This document shows, piece by piece, positions 1 through 9,809 of a DNA stretch of 64,000 nt; positions within the stretch are counted from its first letter, which is position 1, and each line of letters starts with the position of its first letter. The translations under genes were made by a program, and so were the position numbers. A model generated the notes under the pieces. That model was given only the letters and a program-made list of their open reading frames with translations, was not told the DNA's origin and made no database searches. This DNA comes from an uncultured delta proteobacterium. Its GTDB lineage: Bacteria; Desulfobacterota; Binatia; Binatales; Binataceae. The stretch is from contig CAVRVY010000004.1 in the NCBI GenBank assembly GCA_963724765.1, positions 384,001 to 448,000 of the forward strand, written 5' to 3'.

Positions 1-1004
1 AGCGCGAACTCGGCCGCCCGCTCGACGAAGTCTTCGCCGAATTCGATCCCGAGCCGCTCGCCTCAGCCTCGCTCGCACAGGTTCATGCCGCGCGCCTGCA
101 CGACGGCCGGCGATGCGCGGTCAAGATCCAATATCCCGGCATCGAGGGCATCGTGCGCGCCGATCTCCACAACCTCGCGGTCATCCTGCGCGTGCTGGCG
201 TGGCTCGAGCACGACTTCGACTTCCGCGTCCTGATGCGCGAGGCGTTCAAGTACATCCCGATGGAGCTTGACTTCGAGCACGAAGCCGACAACTGCGAAA
301 CCATCGCGCGCAACCTGGCCGCTCGCGCCGACGTCGTGGTGCCGCGCGTCTATCGCGAGTTCAGCACGCGGCGCGTGCTCGTGATGGAACTAATCGAAGG
401 GATAAAGATAACCGACGTCGCAGCGCTGGAGCGGGCTGGAATCGACAAACACGCGGTGGCGCAGAAGCTGATGGAGGTGTTCTGCGAGCAGGTGCTGCGC
501 GACGGTTTCTTTCACGCCGACCCGCATCCGGGCAACGTGATGGTGCAGCCGGGTCCGCGCCTGGTGCTGCTCGACTTCGGTCTGGCCAAGGATTTTCCGC
601 CGCGCTTTCGCGAGGGCATCGTGCGGCTGACGTTTTCGATCCTGACCGCGGATAACAAGGGCATCGCCGCGGCCTTCGAGCAGCTCGGCTTTCGCACCCG
701 CGACGGCTCGCCCGAGACCCTGATAACCCTGGCCAACCTGCTGCTCGGCAATACGGTGCGGCGCGGGCGCGCTTACGCCGACAAGCAACTGATCGAGGAA
801 TTTTCCGAAGAGCTGCCGCGCGCGCTCAGGATCAATCCGATCGTCGAGGTTCCTGCCGACGTGCTGCTGGTGACGCGCGTGATGGGCTTGCTGAGTGGAC
901 TCGGCAAGACGCTCGATTCGCGCGTCGATCTGTTCGCGACCATCATGCCTTACGCGCAGCGCCTGCTCGCGCCCGCGGCCGGCGACGCGAACGCCGCCGA
1001 CTGA
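1..1004 (+). CDS. ABC1/UbiB (AarF) family atypical kinase, 5'-truncated by the window edge
   Basis: The frame is open from the window start. Motifs: PLASASLAQVHAARL, AVKIQYPG, ELDF.HEA, VLVME, GFFHADPHPGN, LLDFG. Confidence 0.9.
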   Translation, partial: RELGRPLDEVFAEFDPEPLASASLAQVHAARLHDGRRCAVKIQYPGIEGIVRADLHNLAVILRVLAWLEHDFDFRVLMREAFKYIPMELDFEHEADNCETIARNLAARADVVVPRVYREFSTRRVLVMELIEGIKITDVAALERAGIDKHAVAQKLMEVFCEQVLRDGFFHADPHPGNVMVQPGPRLVLLDFGLAKDFPPRFREGIVRLTFSILTADNKGIAAAFEQLGFRTRDGSPETLITLANLLLGNTVRRGRAYADKQLIEEFSEELPRALRINPIVEVPADVLLVTRVMGLLSGLGKTLDSRVDLFATIMPYAQRLLAPAAGDANAAD

Positions 1005-1174
1005 CGCGCTCGTCGCGCCGCGTATGGGTTCGCTCGTCGCGTGCGTTCGTTCGTCGCGGCATCGTCTTGCGGGGCCGCCTTCCGCTCAAGCGCAGCTTCG
1101 AACGAGCAGACCACGCGGGCGAGGCACCAGCCGCGGTGCCCCGCCCGATAGCGCGAAGCGGCCAGCCGTCAGGG

Positions 1175-1498
1175 CTAGTTTGGAATGCTGTCGAGTTGTT
1201 GCTCGACCTGGTCGAGATTGGCCGCGGCCTCGCGGTAGTCGCCGCGTGCGACCTCGCGCTGTGCCTCGACATATTCCGTCTGAGGAAGCGGACGGGAGAA
1301 GTTGGCCAACTTCGCCTCCTGCATGCGTCGCCCGACTTCGGCCAGCCTTGTGCGAACTTCGGGTAGAGTCGTGCTCGCCTGGGCCTGAATCGCGGCTTGC
1401 GGTTGCCTCGGCATCATCTGACTTAGCGCGACGCCCGGCGCCGCTCCGATCAGCAGGACAAATGCTGCAGTGCTCACAATTCTCGAACCTTTCATCAT
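1175..1498 (-). CDS. small secreted hypothetical helical protein
   Basis: GAGGTG RBS precedes MMKGSRIV. It has a signal-peptide-like N-terminus (AFVLLIGAAPGVALS) and a Gln/Ala/Glu-rich helical body. Confidence 0.6.
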   Translation of the reverse strand: MMKGSRIVSTAAFVLLIGAAPGVALSQMMPRQPQAAIQAQASTTLPEVRTRLAEVGRRMQEAKLANFSRPLPQTEYVEAQREVARGDYREAAANLDQVEQQLDSIPN

Positions 1499-1551
1499 CA
1501 CACCTCGCAAAACAAATTGCTCGTCGATCGTGACGAGACCGCTAGAGAGTG

Positions 1552-1567
1552 AGCGAAGCGCGTGCCA
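1552..1567 (-). promoter_or_regulatory. possible sigma-54 (-24/-12) promoter
   Basis: The minus strand reads TGGCAC-GCGCT-TCGCT, against consensus TGGCAC-N5-TTGC. It lies ~55 nt upstream of the 1498 start. Confidence 0.35.
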
Positions 1568-1864
1568 AGTCCTCAATTTAAGAATTGCTGATGATCGAAA
1601 TAACCTGCTGTGCGACGGACCGCCCGAAAGTGCCGATCATTCAATGGAGATGCGGCATTGCGCACGATTTTGTCGAAGCGGAGCTGACTCGATTCGGCGC
1701 ACACGGGTTTTTTAGCGCATTCGTAGAATGCTTTTGAAAATGGCGAAACCGAGAGTCGCGGCTCGCGGAGGCTGTCTATAGTGATGGCCTTTGTGGATTT
1801 ACGCGCGCGCCGATCTCGCCGCACGCTGGATAAGACGGCTCGCGTCGAATAACGTCCACCCGCG

Positions 1865-2707
1865 ATGCGCTCTAAATCCACTCCGACGCCCATTAAACTC
1901 GAACAGGTGGCGCTGCGCGCAGCGCGGGCGGCCGGCCGTATCCATCTGCAGCGGCTAAGCCGGATCAAGGTCACCCGCAAGACCAACGCGATCGACCTCG
2001 TCACCGAGGCTGATCGGGAAGCCGAACAGGCCGTCATCGGGACGCTCAGCCGCGCTTTCCCGGACCACGCGATCCTCGCCGAAGAGAGCGGGGCGAACGC
2101 GCGGCTGAGCGAGCATCGATGGATTATCGATCCGCTCGACGGTACGACCAATTTCGCGCATGGCTTTCCGCAGTTCTGCGTATCGATCGCCTACGAGCGC
2201 CGCGGGCGAGTCGAACTCGCCGTGGTGTTCGACGCGCTCAAGCGCGAACTGTTCGTCGCGGCGCGCGGCCGCGGTGCGCGGCTCAATGGGCGGCCGATCC
2301 ATGTAAGCGCGACGCCGTCGCTCGACCGCGCGCTGCTGGCGACCGGCTTTCCCTACGACCGGCGCGAGCGGCGCAACTTCTATTTCACCTTCTGGGAGGC
2401 CTTCATGATGCGCACGCAGGGGGTGCGGCGCACGGGCTCGGCCGCGCTGGATCTCTGCTACGTCGCCTGCGGGCGGGTCGACGCGTTCTGGGAATTTGGA
2501 CTGAAGGCGTGGGACGTGGCGGCCGGGGCGCTGGTCGTCACCGAGGCGAGCGGACGAGTGACCAATCTCGATGGCTCGGCGCTCGATCTCGACGCGCGCA
2601 AGATTCTCGCGAGCAATGGCAAGTTGCATCGCGCGATGCGCGCGACGATCGCGAAGGCGTGGCCGGAGGCGGAGCGCCGCCAGTCCGAGGGTCGCGCCGC
2701 TCCCTAA
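1865..2707 (+). CDS. suhB: inositol monophosphatase family protein
   Basis: Motifs: DLVTEAD, ILAEE, WIIDPLDGTTNF, RRTGSAALDLCYVACGR, WDVAAG. Confidence 0.93.
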   Translation: MRSKSTPTPIKLEQVALRAARAAGRIHLQRLSRIKVTRKTNAIDLVTEADREAEQAVIGTLSRAFPDHAILAEESGANARLSEHRWIIDPLDGTTNFAHGFPQFCVSIAYERRGRVELAVVFDALKRELFVAARGRGARLNGRPIHVSATPSLDRALLATGFPYDRRERRNFYFTFWEAFMMRTQGVRRTGSAALDLCYVACGRVDAFWEFGLKAWDVAAGALVVTEASGRVTNLDGSALDLDARKILASNGKLHRAMRATIAKAWPEAERRQSEGRAAP

Positions 2708-2726
2708 CGCGCCCCTCCCCCTTTCC

Positions 2727-2928
2727 AGAGACTCTCGCGCTCACGGATCCGCTGGGAACCGCCTGGATTTCATCCATGGGCAATGAGATCGGCGACCTGT
2801 GCGCTTACAATTACGGCACGATCAACTGGGATTCGGGCGCGGCCAATGAGATGTGGAACGGTAACTTCTATCTGCTGCAGCAGGAGTACGACAATCACGT
2901 GGGCGAATGCGTCCAGCTTGGCCCCTAG
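2727..2928 (+). pseudogene. C-terminal remnant of a PHI-1/EXORDIUM-like secreted protein
   Basis: In-frame LTDPLGTAW...GNEIGDLCAYNYG...NGNFYLLQQEYDNHVGECV-stop, with no N-terminal part or signal peptide. The family match is from memory. Confidence 0.55.
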
Positions 2929-3026
2929 CGGGCGTTCTCGCAGGCGTCGCACCGGAACCGTCCGCGCGAGGCGCTTGTTAGGGTGGCGCGGCTGAGGTAC
3001 CTTCTGCACCTGCCCTCAGCAGGCAC

Positions 3027-3098
3027 GCCCCGGTAGTGAAAAGGACATCACGGAGGTCTCCGGAACCTCAAGTCCGGGTTCGATTCCCGGCCGGGGCA
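3027..3098 (+). tRNA. tRNA-Arg (anticodon CCG), CCA not encoded
   Basis: Acceptor GCCCCGG/CCGGGGC+A; D arm GTGA-AAAGGACA-TCAC; anticodon arm GAGGT-CTCCGGA-ACCTC; T arm CCGGG-TTCGATT-CCCGG. Confidence 0.93.
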
Positions 3099-3170
3099 CA
3101 CATCCCTGTTTCCTATCTGGTCTCAGCTATCAACCTGGTACCCAGCCCAGGCACGAGACCACCGGGGCGC

Positions 3171-4478
3171 TCAGCTCGCCGTCGAAGCGGGTAAAGGCGA
3201 TTGCCGATCTGATTGCGTGGCGCTATGCCTTTCGATCCAGACCAGCAGCAAAAGCGCCGGCAGCGTCGCGACGGTGGTGAGCAGAAAAAACGGCACCCAT
3301 CCCAGGCGCTCGGCGAGTACGCCGCCCGAGGAGGCCACAAGCGTGCGTCCCACCGCGGCCAGCGACGACAGCAGTGCATATTGAGTCGCGGTAAAAGCCG
3401 GCGAGCACAGGCTCGAAAGATAGGCCACCAGTGCCGCACCAGCCATCGCGCCGGTGAGATTTTCCGCCGCTACGCACAGCGCCAGGTAGTCCAAACGATG
3501 GCCGCCTATCGCCTGCAACACGTAAAACAGATTGCCCGCCGATTGCAGGACGCCGCACAGTATCAGGGCGCGCACGATTCCTAGACGCACGGTTACCAGG
3601 CCGCCGGCGAGCGCTCCAATCACGGTTGCAAAGAATCCAACCAGCTTGGAAATCGCCGCAATCTCAACCAGCGAAAAGCCGAGCGTGATATAAAGCGGCA
3701 TCGCCATCACGCCCGCCATCGCCTCGCCCAACTTGTAGCCCAGCACGAAGATGAGAATCGCGAGCCATCCCGGCCGCCGCATGAAGTCGGCGAACGGCCC
3801 GGCCACCGCCGTAGTCATCCACTCGCGAAGCGCCTCCCATCCGCGGCTTCGGCTGCTATCAGCCGGCTCTGGCGGCGGCAACGGCTCTGGGCCAAGCAGG
3901 AACACAAGCATCGCGACACTGAGGAGGGCAGCCATCGTCGCGTACGCCGCGAACCATCCAAAGCGAGCGGCGATCATCAGCGAGCCGGCGCCCGAGACCA
4001 GCATCGCCACTCGGTAACCGGTCTGGATCATGCCGGCGCCCGGCCCCTGCTGCTCCGGCGCGAGGATTTCGACCCGCCAGGCGTCGATAACGATGTCCTG
4101 GCTCGCCGAGAGAAACGCGACCAGCAGCGCGAGCGCGCCCATCATGGCGAGGCCGCGTTTGGGATCGCATGAGCCCAACGCGAGCATCGCGGCGACCAGC
4201 GCAATCTGGATCGTGAGCCCCCAGCCGCGCCGGCGCCCCAATGGCAGCGGCGGCGGTAATCGATCGATCAGCGGCGACCACAGGAACTTGAAGGCGTAGG
4301 GCGTGCCAACCAGGGCGAAAGCGCCGATCGCGGCGCGGCTCACGCCGGCGGTGGCGAGCCAGGCCGAGAGCGTCGAGAAAGTCAGCAGCAGTGGCAGGCC
4401 GCTGGCGAAGCCGAGCGGCAGAATCAGCAGCACGCGCCGATCGCTGTATACGGCGAGCGAGCGGCGCCATGGGCTCAT
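3171..4478 (-). CDS. ampG: AmpG family muropeptide MFS permease
   Basis: Motifs: LGFASGLPLLL, PYAFKFLWSPLID, GRRRGW, SASQDIVIDAWRVE, FTATQYALLSSL. Start taken at MSPWRRSL. Confidence 0.9.
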   Translation of the reverse strand: MSPWRRSLAVYSDRRVLLILPLGFASGLPLLLTFSTLSAWLATAGVSRAAIGAFALVGTPYAFKFLWSPLIDRLPPPLPLGRRRGWGLTIQIALVAAMLALGSCDPKRGLAMMGALALLVAFLSASQDIVIDAWRVEILAPEQQGPGAGMIQTGYRVAMLVSGAGSLMIAARFGWFAAYATMAALLSVAMLVFLLGPEPLPPPEPADSSRSRGWEALREWMTTAVAGPFADFMRRPGWLAILIFVLGYKLGEAMAGVMAMPLYITLGFSLVEIAAISKLVGFFATVIGALAGGLVTVRLGIVRALILCGVLQSAGNLFYVLQAIGGHRLDYLALCVAAENLTGAMAGAALVAYLSSLCSPAFTATQYALLSSLAAVGRTLVASSGGVLAERLGWVPFFLLTTVATLPALLLLVWIERHSATQSDRQSPLPASTAS

Positions 4479-4509
4479 GCTCTTGCTTCTCTCGTCACCC
4501 GTTGGTCCT

Positions 4510-5022
4510 TCAGCGCTTGTAGGCCGGGTCCTCGCGCGATCGCTTTCCGCAAATGAATCCCTCGGTCGGAAAAACCCTCTCAATTTTATCGATCCGGCTT
4601 CGATCGAAGACCACCTGGCGATGGGCGATCTTCCACACCCCGGCGCGGCGCTCGAAGCGATCGGCGTATCTTCCGGCGAAAACCAGATCGGCCGTCGTAC
4701 CACCCTTCTCCTGGCGCCGATGAATACCGAAAAAGTAGCTCTCGCAGTACGCGACGTCGCCGTCGACTTCGATCAGTTCGTTGGCGATATAGTGGCTGGT
4801 CCCGTCATCCCGGACCAGCGCATTCAGCGCCCACGGAATGAAATCAGTGGCTTTGCCTTTGAACATTCCGTGATCGTCGGTTGCGTCGGGATGATACACG
4901 CTATGGAGCAGTTCCGAATCGCAGCGGTCGATACCCCGGCAATAGCGCATCAGGACTTCGTGGATCTCCTGCTTGTCCAGGAGCACGCGCAGGGCGCGTT
5001 CGGTTTTTTCGTCGATGCTCAT
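4510..5022 (-). CDS. SnoaL-like / NTF2-fold protein
   Basis: Motifs: LLDKQEI..VLMRYCRGIDRCD, YHPDATDDHG, GRYADRFERRAGVWKIAHR. Confidence 0.85.
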   Translation of the reverse strand: MSIDEKTERALRVLLDKQEIHEVLMRYCRGIDRCDSELLHSVYHPDATDDHGMFKGKATDFIPWALNALVRDDGTSHYIANELIEVDGDVAYCESYFFGIHRRQEKGGTTADLVFAGRYADRFERRAGVWKIAHRQVVFDRSRIDKIERVFPTEGFICGKRSREDPAYKR

Positions 5023-5026
5023 GTTT

Positions 5027-6238
5027 CTATTTCAACTCCTCGATTGAGTCCGCCAGCGAAGGATCACCCGACATTATCGCTCGCGCCAGGGCGAAGCGAT
5101 GCACTTCCGACGGACCGTCATAGATTCGAAACGCGCGGATGTCGCGGTAGATACGTTCGACCACCGTGTCGGCGGTGATGCCGAGGCCGCCGAGAATCTG
5201 CAGCGAACGATCGACCACCCGCCCGAGCGCTTCCGAACAGAACACCTTGCAGAGGCTCGTCTCGTTACGCGCCCGCTCACCGCGATCGAGCAACCAGGCC
5301 GAATGCCAGATCGCGAGGCGGCACAGATGCAGGTCGGAGGCGTTGTCGGCAAGCTGAAACCCCACGCCCTGGTGCTCGCCGATAAGCTTGCCGAATGCGT
5401 GACGGCGCCGTGCGTAGTCAGCCGCGATGGCGTGGCAGCGCCGGGCCGCGCCGAGCCATCGCATGCAATGCGTCAGCCGCGCCGGGCCGAGACGCACCTG
5501 GGCGTTGCGAAAGCCGTGACCGACCTGTCCCAGAATCCGCTCGGTGCCGACGCGCACGTCGTTAAACTCCACTTCCGCGTGGCCGCCGGGGGTGTTGTTG
5601 TCGAGCGTCTCGAGTTGGCGCACGATCCTGAAACCGGGCGCGTCCATGTCAACCAAAAACATGGTTGCTCCGCGGTCGGTTCCGTCCTCGTCGAGCGTGC
5701 GCGCCATCACAATGTTGATGCTCGCGCCGGGAGCGCCGGTGATCAGCCACTTGCGCCCCGAGATGACAAATTCGTCGCCGTGGCGGCGCGCCGTCGTCTT
5801 CATCAGATTGGGGTCCGAGCCCGCGCCGTCGTCGGGCTCGGTCATCGAAAAGACCGTGCGGATCTCGCCCGCGACCAGCGGCCGCAGCCATCGTTCCTTC
5901 TGCTCGTCGTTCGCAATCTTGTCGAGCAGATTGGTGTTGCCTTCATCGGGCGCCATGATATTGAGCGCGAGCGGGCCGAGCGGCGACCATCCTGCGGCCT
6001 CGAACACCACCGACATCGAGCGATGGTCCAGGCCGAGGCCGCCCCATTTGGCCGGCGCATGCGGCGAGAGCAGACCGGCCGCGCGGCCGAGCGCGATCAG
6101 CTCGCGCCGAAAATCCTCGCTGGGGCCGTGCGGCCCCTGTCTCGGGTCGCGTTCCAGCGGCACGATCGCTTCGCGGATAAAGCGGTCGACCCGCGCTTTG
6201 AGCTCGGCCAGGTCGGGGGGAAGCGAAAAATCGATCAC
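5027..6238 (-). CDS. acyl-CoA dehydrogenase (ACAD10/11 / LvaC-like subfamily)
   Basis: Motifs: APDEGN, FSMTEP..GAGSD, GRKWLITGA, RLGPARLTHCMRWLG, RIYDGPSEVH. Confidence 0.9.
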   Translation of the reverse strand: MIDFSLPPDLAELKARVDRFIREAIVPLERDPRQGPHGPSEDFRRELIALGRAAGLLSPHAPAKWGGLGLDHRSMSVVFEAAGWSPLGPLALNIMAPDEGNTNLLDKIANDEQKERWLRPLVAGEIRTVFSMTEPDDGAGSDPNLMKTTARRHGDEFVISGRKWLITGAPGASINIVMARTLDEDGTDRGATMFLVDMDAPGFRIVRQLETLDNNTPGGHAEVEFNDVRVGTERILGQVGHGFRNAQVRLGPARLTHCMRWLGAARRCHAIAADYARRRHAFGKLIGEHQGVGFQLADNASDLHLCRLAIWHSAWLLDRGERARNETSLCKVFCSEALGRVVDRSLQILGGLGITADTVVERIYRDIRAFRIYDGPSEVHRFALARAIMSGDPSLADSIEELK

Positions 6239-6461
6239 AGTTCACTCCTGAAGCGCACCAATCCGCTCAAAGCGGTGGCTTACGCCCACGACTACTAAGC
6301 CGCGCGGCGCCCGACCGTCAAGCGGCAGCACGCGGCGCTTCCGGCACGTGCGATGGCGGCCGGGCTCCTTGCAAATCCACAGTCCTGTGCTAAAGCGAAG
6401 ACGAATAATGGCTGCAACGCGCCGGCCGCTCATCGCTAAGCCTCGGGGAGTCATCAAACCA

Positions 6462-7226
6462 ATGGCCAATCTGCTTGAAGGAAAAATCGCGCTGATAACC
6501 GGTAGCGGAAGCGGAATCGGCCGTATGACCGCTTTTGCCTTTGCGCGCGAGGGCGCGACCGTCGTTTGTGCCGACGTGAATCAGGAAAGCGGCGAGACGA
6601 CCGCCGCCAAAATCCGCGAGGCCGGAGGTAAGGCGGAATTCGCGATGGCCGAGGTTAGCGACGACGCCCAGGTGCAGGCGCTGATCGCCCGGATCGTCAA
6701 GACACACGGGCGCCTGGATTGCGCCTACAATAACGCCGGCATCGAGGGCGACGTCATCGACACGCACGAGGCCTCCGAGCGCAACTTTGACCGCGTGATG
6801 GCCATCAACGTGAAGGGCGTATGGCTCTGCATGAAGTACGAGATTCGCCAGATGCGCAAACAAGGGGGCGGCGCGATTGTGAATACCGCCTCGGCCGCCG
6901 GACTCATGGGCTTTCGCAGCCTGCCCATCTACGTCGCAAGCAAGCACGCGGTGGTGGGGCTGACCAAGAGCGCGGCGCTCGAAAACGCCGAGGCCGGCAT
7001 CAGGATCAACGCGGTCTGTCCGGGGCCAGTCGACACGCCGATGATGGAGCGGATCACCAACAACGAGGGACAGCCGGGGCGCAAGGACTTCGAAGCCTTC
7101 GTTCCGATGCGTCGCTATGCCGTGCCGCAGGAGATCGCCAACGCGGTGGTATGGCTCTGTTCCGACCAGGCATCGTACGTGACTGGCACGACCATGCGCG
7201 TCGACGGCGGGCTCGCGGCCTCTTAG
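6462..7226 (+). CDS. short-chain dehydrogenase/reductase
   Basis: Motifs: TGSGSGIG, NNAG, YVASK (YxxxK), NAVCPG. GGGGAG RBS is upstream of MANLL. Confidence 0.92.
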   Translation: MANLLEGKIALITGSGSGIGRMTAFAFAREGATVVCADVNQESGETTAAKIREAGGKAEFAMAEVSDDAQVQALIARIVKTHGRLDCAYNNAGIEGDVIDTHEASERNFDRVMAINVKGVWLCMKYEIRQMRKQGGGAIVNTASAAGLMGFRSLPIYVASKHAVVGLTKSAALENAEAGIRINAVCPGPVDTPMMERITNNEGQPGRKDFEAFVPMRRYAVPQEIANAVVWLCSDQASYVTGTTMRVDGGLAAS

Positions 7227-7261
7227 CGCCGGCGCGTGGCGAGAGGCGCCCCGCCGGCATC

Positions 7262-8257
7262 CTACGCCTCCACTTCGACCTCGAATCCTGAGCGCTCGAT
7301 CAACTCGCGCGTGCGGTCGAAGTTCCATCCGCCAGTGGTCAGATAACCGTTGACGAAGATCGAATTGACGGCGTTGAAAATATCGCCCTGCCGCTCGCCG
7401 AGATTCAGTTCGCGTCCGCCCGCGGCGCGAACTTCACTGCGCGGATTGAGCAGCCGGAACAGGCACGCGGCCTTGAGGCATCGTTCGGGCGTCAGGCGTC
7501 GCGCGTTTTCAAGCGGCGTTGCGGCGATCGGATGCAAAAAGTTGAGCGGCACCGACTCGGCGCGCAAACGGCTGGTCGCCAGCGCCAGGTCGATCACATC
7601 GTCGTCCGTCTCGCCCATTCCGATGATTCCGCCCGAGCAAACCGACAATCCCGCCGCGCGCACGTTTTCGATCGTTCGCACGCGATCGTCCCACGTGTGG
7701 GTCGTACAAATCTCCGGATAGAAGCGGCGGCTGGCATTGAGGTTGTGATTGATCCATCCGGCTCCAGCCTCTTTGAGACGCCGGGCCTGTTCCTGATCCA
7801 TCAGACCGAGCGAAAGGCATAGCTCGAGCCGTGGAAACTCGGCCCGGATGCTCTCGCAGGCCGCGGCCAGATGCTCGATCTCGCGCGGACCCGGGCCGCG
7901 CATGCTGCACACCATGCAGTAGCGTCGGGCGCCGCTGGCGACCGCCAGCCGAGCGCCCTCGATTAGCTCGGCAACGCTTTGCAGCTTGTAGACCGGGATG
8001 TCCGCGCGCGAGAGCCGCGACTGGGAGCAATAGTGACAATCTTCAGGACAGATGCCGCTTTGCGCGTTGCGCAGAATACAGATCTTAACGCGGCGTCCGA
8101 ACGTGGTCTCTCGCACGGCTAGGGTTGCCGCGAGCAACTCCGGAAGTTTGTCGTCGGGGCAATTCAGAACCGCGCTCAACTCCGCGCGCTGCAACTCCTC
8201 GCCTGCGAGCACTCGCTCGACCATCCTGTCCAATTCAAGTTCGTTGAAGTGCAACAC
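7262..8257 (-). CDS. bioB: biotin synthase (radical SAM)
   Basis: Motifs: SGICPEDCHYCSQS (CxxxCxxC), NHNL, ICTTHTWDDR, CSGGIIGMGE, SVPLNFL, NSIFVNGYLTT. Confidence 0.93.
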   Translation of the reverse strand: MLHFNELELDRMVERVLAGEELQRAELSAVLNCPDDKLPELLAATLAVRETTFGRRVKICILRNAQSGICPEDCHYCSQSRLSRADIPVYKLQSVAELIEGARLAVASGARRYCMVCSMRGPGPREIEHLAAACESIRAEFPRLELCLSLGLMDQEQARRLKEAGAGWINHNLNASRRFYPEICTTHTWDDRVRTIENVRAAGLSVCSGGIIGMGETDDDVIDLALATSRLRAESVPLNFLHPIAATPLENARRLTPERCLKAACLFRLLNPRSEVRAAGGRELNLGERQGDIFNAVNSIFVNGYLTTGGWNFDRTRELIERSGFEVEVEA

Positions 8258-8326
8258 CTTTAGCCTCTCCTCAAGTGTCCGTGGGACAGAGCGAGCGACA
8301 TTTTCTCACGGCGATGTACCGACTCC

Positions 8327-8612
8327 AATAACCCGGCGACGGAAAAGGCGTATGGCTACACGGCCAAGGAGGCGATTGGAAGGAGTATCGAGTTGTTCGC
8401 CGCCCGAAGAAGTTCCGCAACGTCTTGCGGCCACCCGGCGGGTCGCCGAAACCGGACAAGCGGTGTCATGGGAGCAATCTGCCCACAAAAAGGACGGCAC
8501 CTCGTGCATTCCGCGGTCAGTATTTTCTCCCGGCATGCACCCGGAAACATCATCAATGTGGCGGGCATCGGGCGCGACATCACGGCGCTCAAGAACATCG
8601 AGAAGGACCTGC
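8327..8612 (+). pseudogene. degraded PAS/PAC sensor-domain remnant
   Basis: Fragments NPATEKAYGYTAKEAIGRSIELF, KDGT (other frame) and VAGIGRDITALKNIEKDL. No start or output domain. Confidence 0.6.
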
Positions 8613-8648
8613 GCGGAGCCCCCTACGACGACGCGCCGGTCGCGACGT

Positions 8649-9759
8649 TCAGCGCCGCAGCCCGGCCTGCTTGAGCAGCGGCATCACGGCGCGCTCGAAA
8701 TAGGTCAGCTCCTCGTGGTAGTCGAGGAATCCGAGAATCACGCCCTGGATTCCCATCGCGCTTATCATCTTTAACTGATCGACCACCTGCCCAGGGGTAC
8801 CGACGATCGGATAGCCGCCCCATCCAAGGATGAAGCGTTCGCCGAAGCTTTTTATCTGCTCGTTAAACGATCCGCTCTCGATTCCCAACACCTTCATGAT
8901 GTTGGTCGCGGCGCCCCAATCGCCCTTCTCCAGGATCTCGCGCCGGACTTCCTGCGCTTCGCGCTCGGTGTCGCGACAGATCATCATCGCGTAGGTCATG
9001 GCGCCGATTTCCCGCCCGTGCCCGCGCGCGCCGGTGCAAGTCGGCGACCACTTCCCTGCCGTGCTCGATGGTGTCGAGAGTCAAAAAATTGAAATCGACT
9101 TCGCGCGCTGAAAATTCGAGTCCTGCAGCCGAGTTTCCGGCGTTGACCAGCACCGGATATGGTTTCTGCAGCGGCTTGGGATGCGCCTGGCCCTGGCGAA
9201 TGTGAAAATATTTGCCGTCGAAATCGAACGGCTCTTCGTCGGTCCATAGGCGCTTGACGATACCGAGCCATTCGGCACCGAAGGCGTAGCGCTCGTCGTG
9301 CTCGCGCTGCGGCGCGCCGAACATCTCCATCTCGGGCGTAAACCAGCCCATCACCAGGTTCAGTCCGAAGCGCCCGTTAGAGACGTGGTCCACCGTTACG
9401 CTTTGCTTGGCCGCGACGATCGGATGGACCGTGGGCACGTGCGAGGTCGAGAACACCATGATGCGCTCGGTCGCGGCGGCCAGCGCCGCCGCCCAGGTGT
9501 AGGTCTCGAAGCAGGTGCCGTTGAAATCGGTGGTGCCGCCAAAGCCGCGCCATCGCGCGATCGGCACCAGCATCTCGAACCCCATCGCCTCGGCGCGTCG
9601 CGCGATCGCGAGACTGTGCTGCCAGGTGGCGCGGTAGGTCGTCGGCGCGTGCGAGACCGTCAGCCCGTTGCTGCAGTTGGTGCCGAAGAGTCCCAGTTTG
9701 AGCTTCTGGTCATTGTAGAGCGGACAGTTCGGACGTTCGATTTCCGCCGTTCGCGCCAT
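8649..9759 (-). pseudogene. LLM-class flavin-dependent oxidoreductase (RutA/SfnG-like), frameshifted at ~9021
   Basis: The N-part (KLGLFGTN, ARWRGFGG, HPIVAAK, GRFGLNLVMGW) continues in another frame as HGREIGAMTYAMMICRDTE...YPIVGTP. The shift is a single 1-nt offset at 9021. Confidence 0.8.
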
Positions 9760-9809
9760 TCGCTCAACCTCCGCACCACCCGTGTCCATCACTCGTCTAC
9801 CGTTTGCGT

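Noticed and set aside
3027-3170. Genomic island integrated at tRNA-Arg
   Set aside because: There is no integrase, I saw no duplicated tRNA 3' end elsewhere in the window, and ampG follows directly.
4479-4703. Extended N-termini from the ORF track (ampG, SDR 6348, gltX 58483, guaA 60017, era 62514, HK 52978)
   Set aside because: They overlap neighbours or precede where homology and RBS-supported starts begin.
9015-9030. Programmed ribosomal frameshift in the LLM gene
   Set aside because: No slippery sequence or clear stimulator is present. Mutation or assembly error is more likely.
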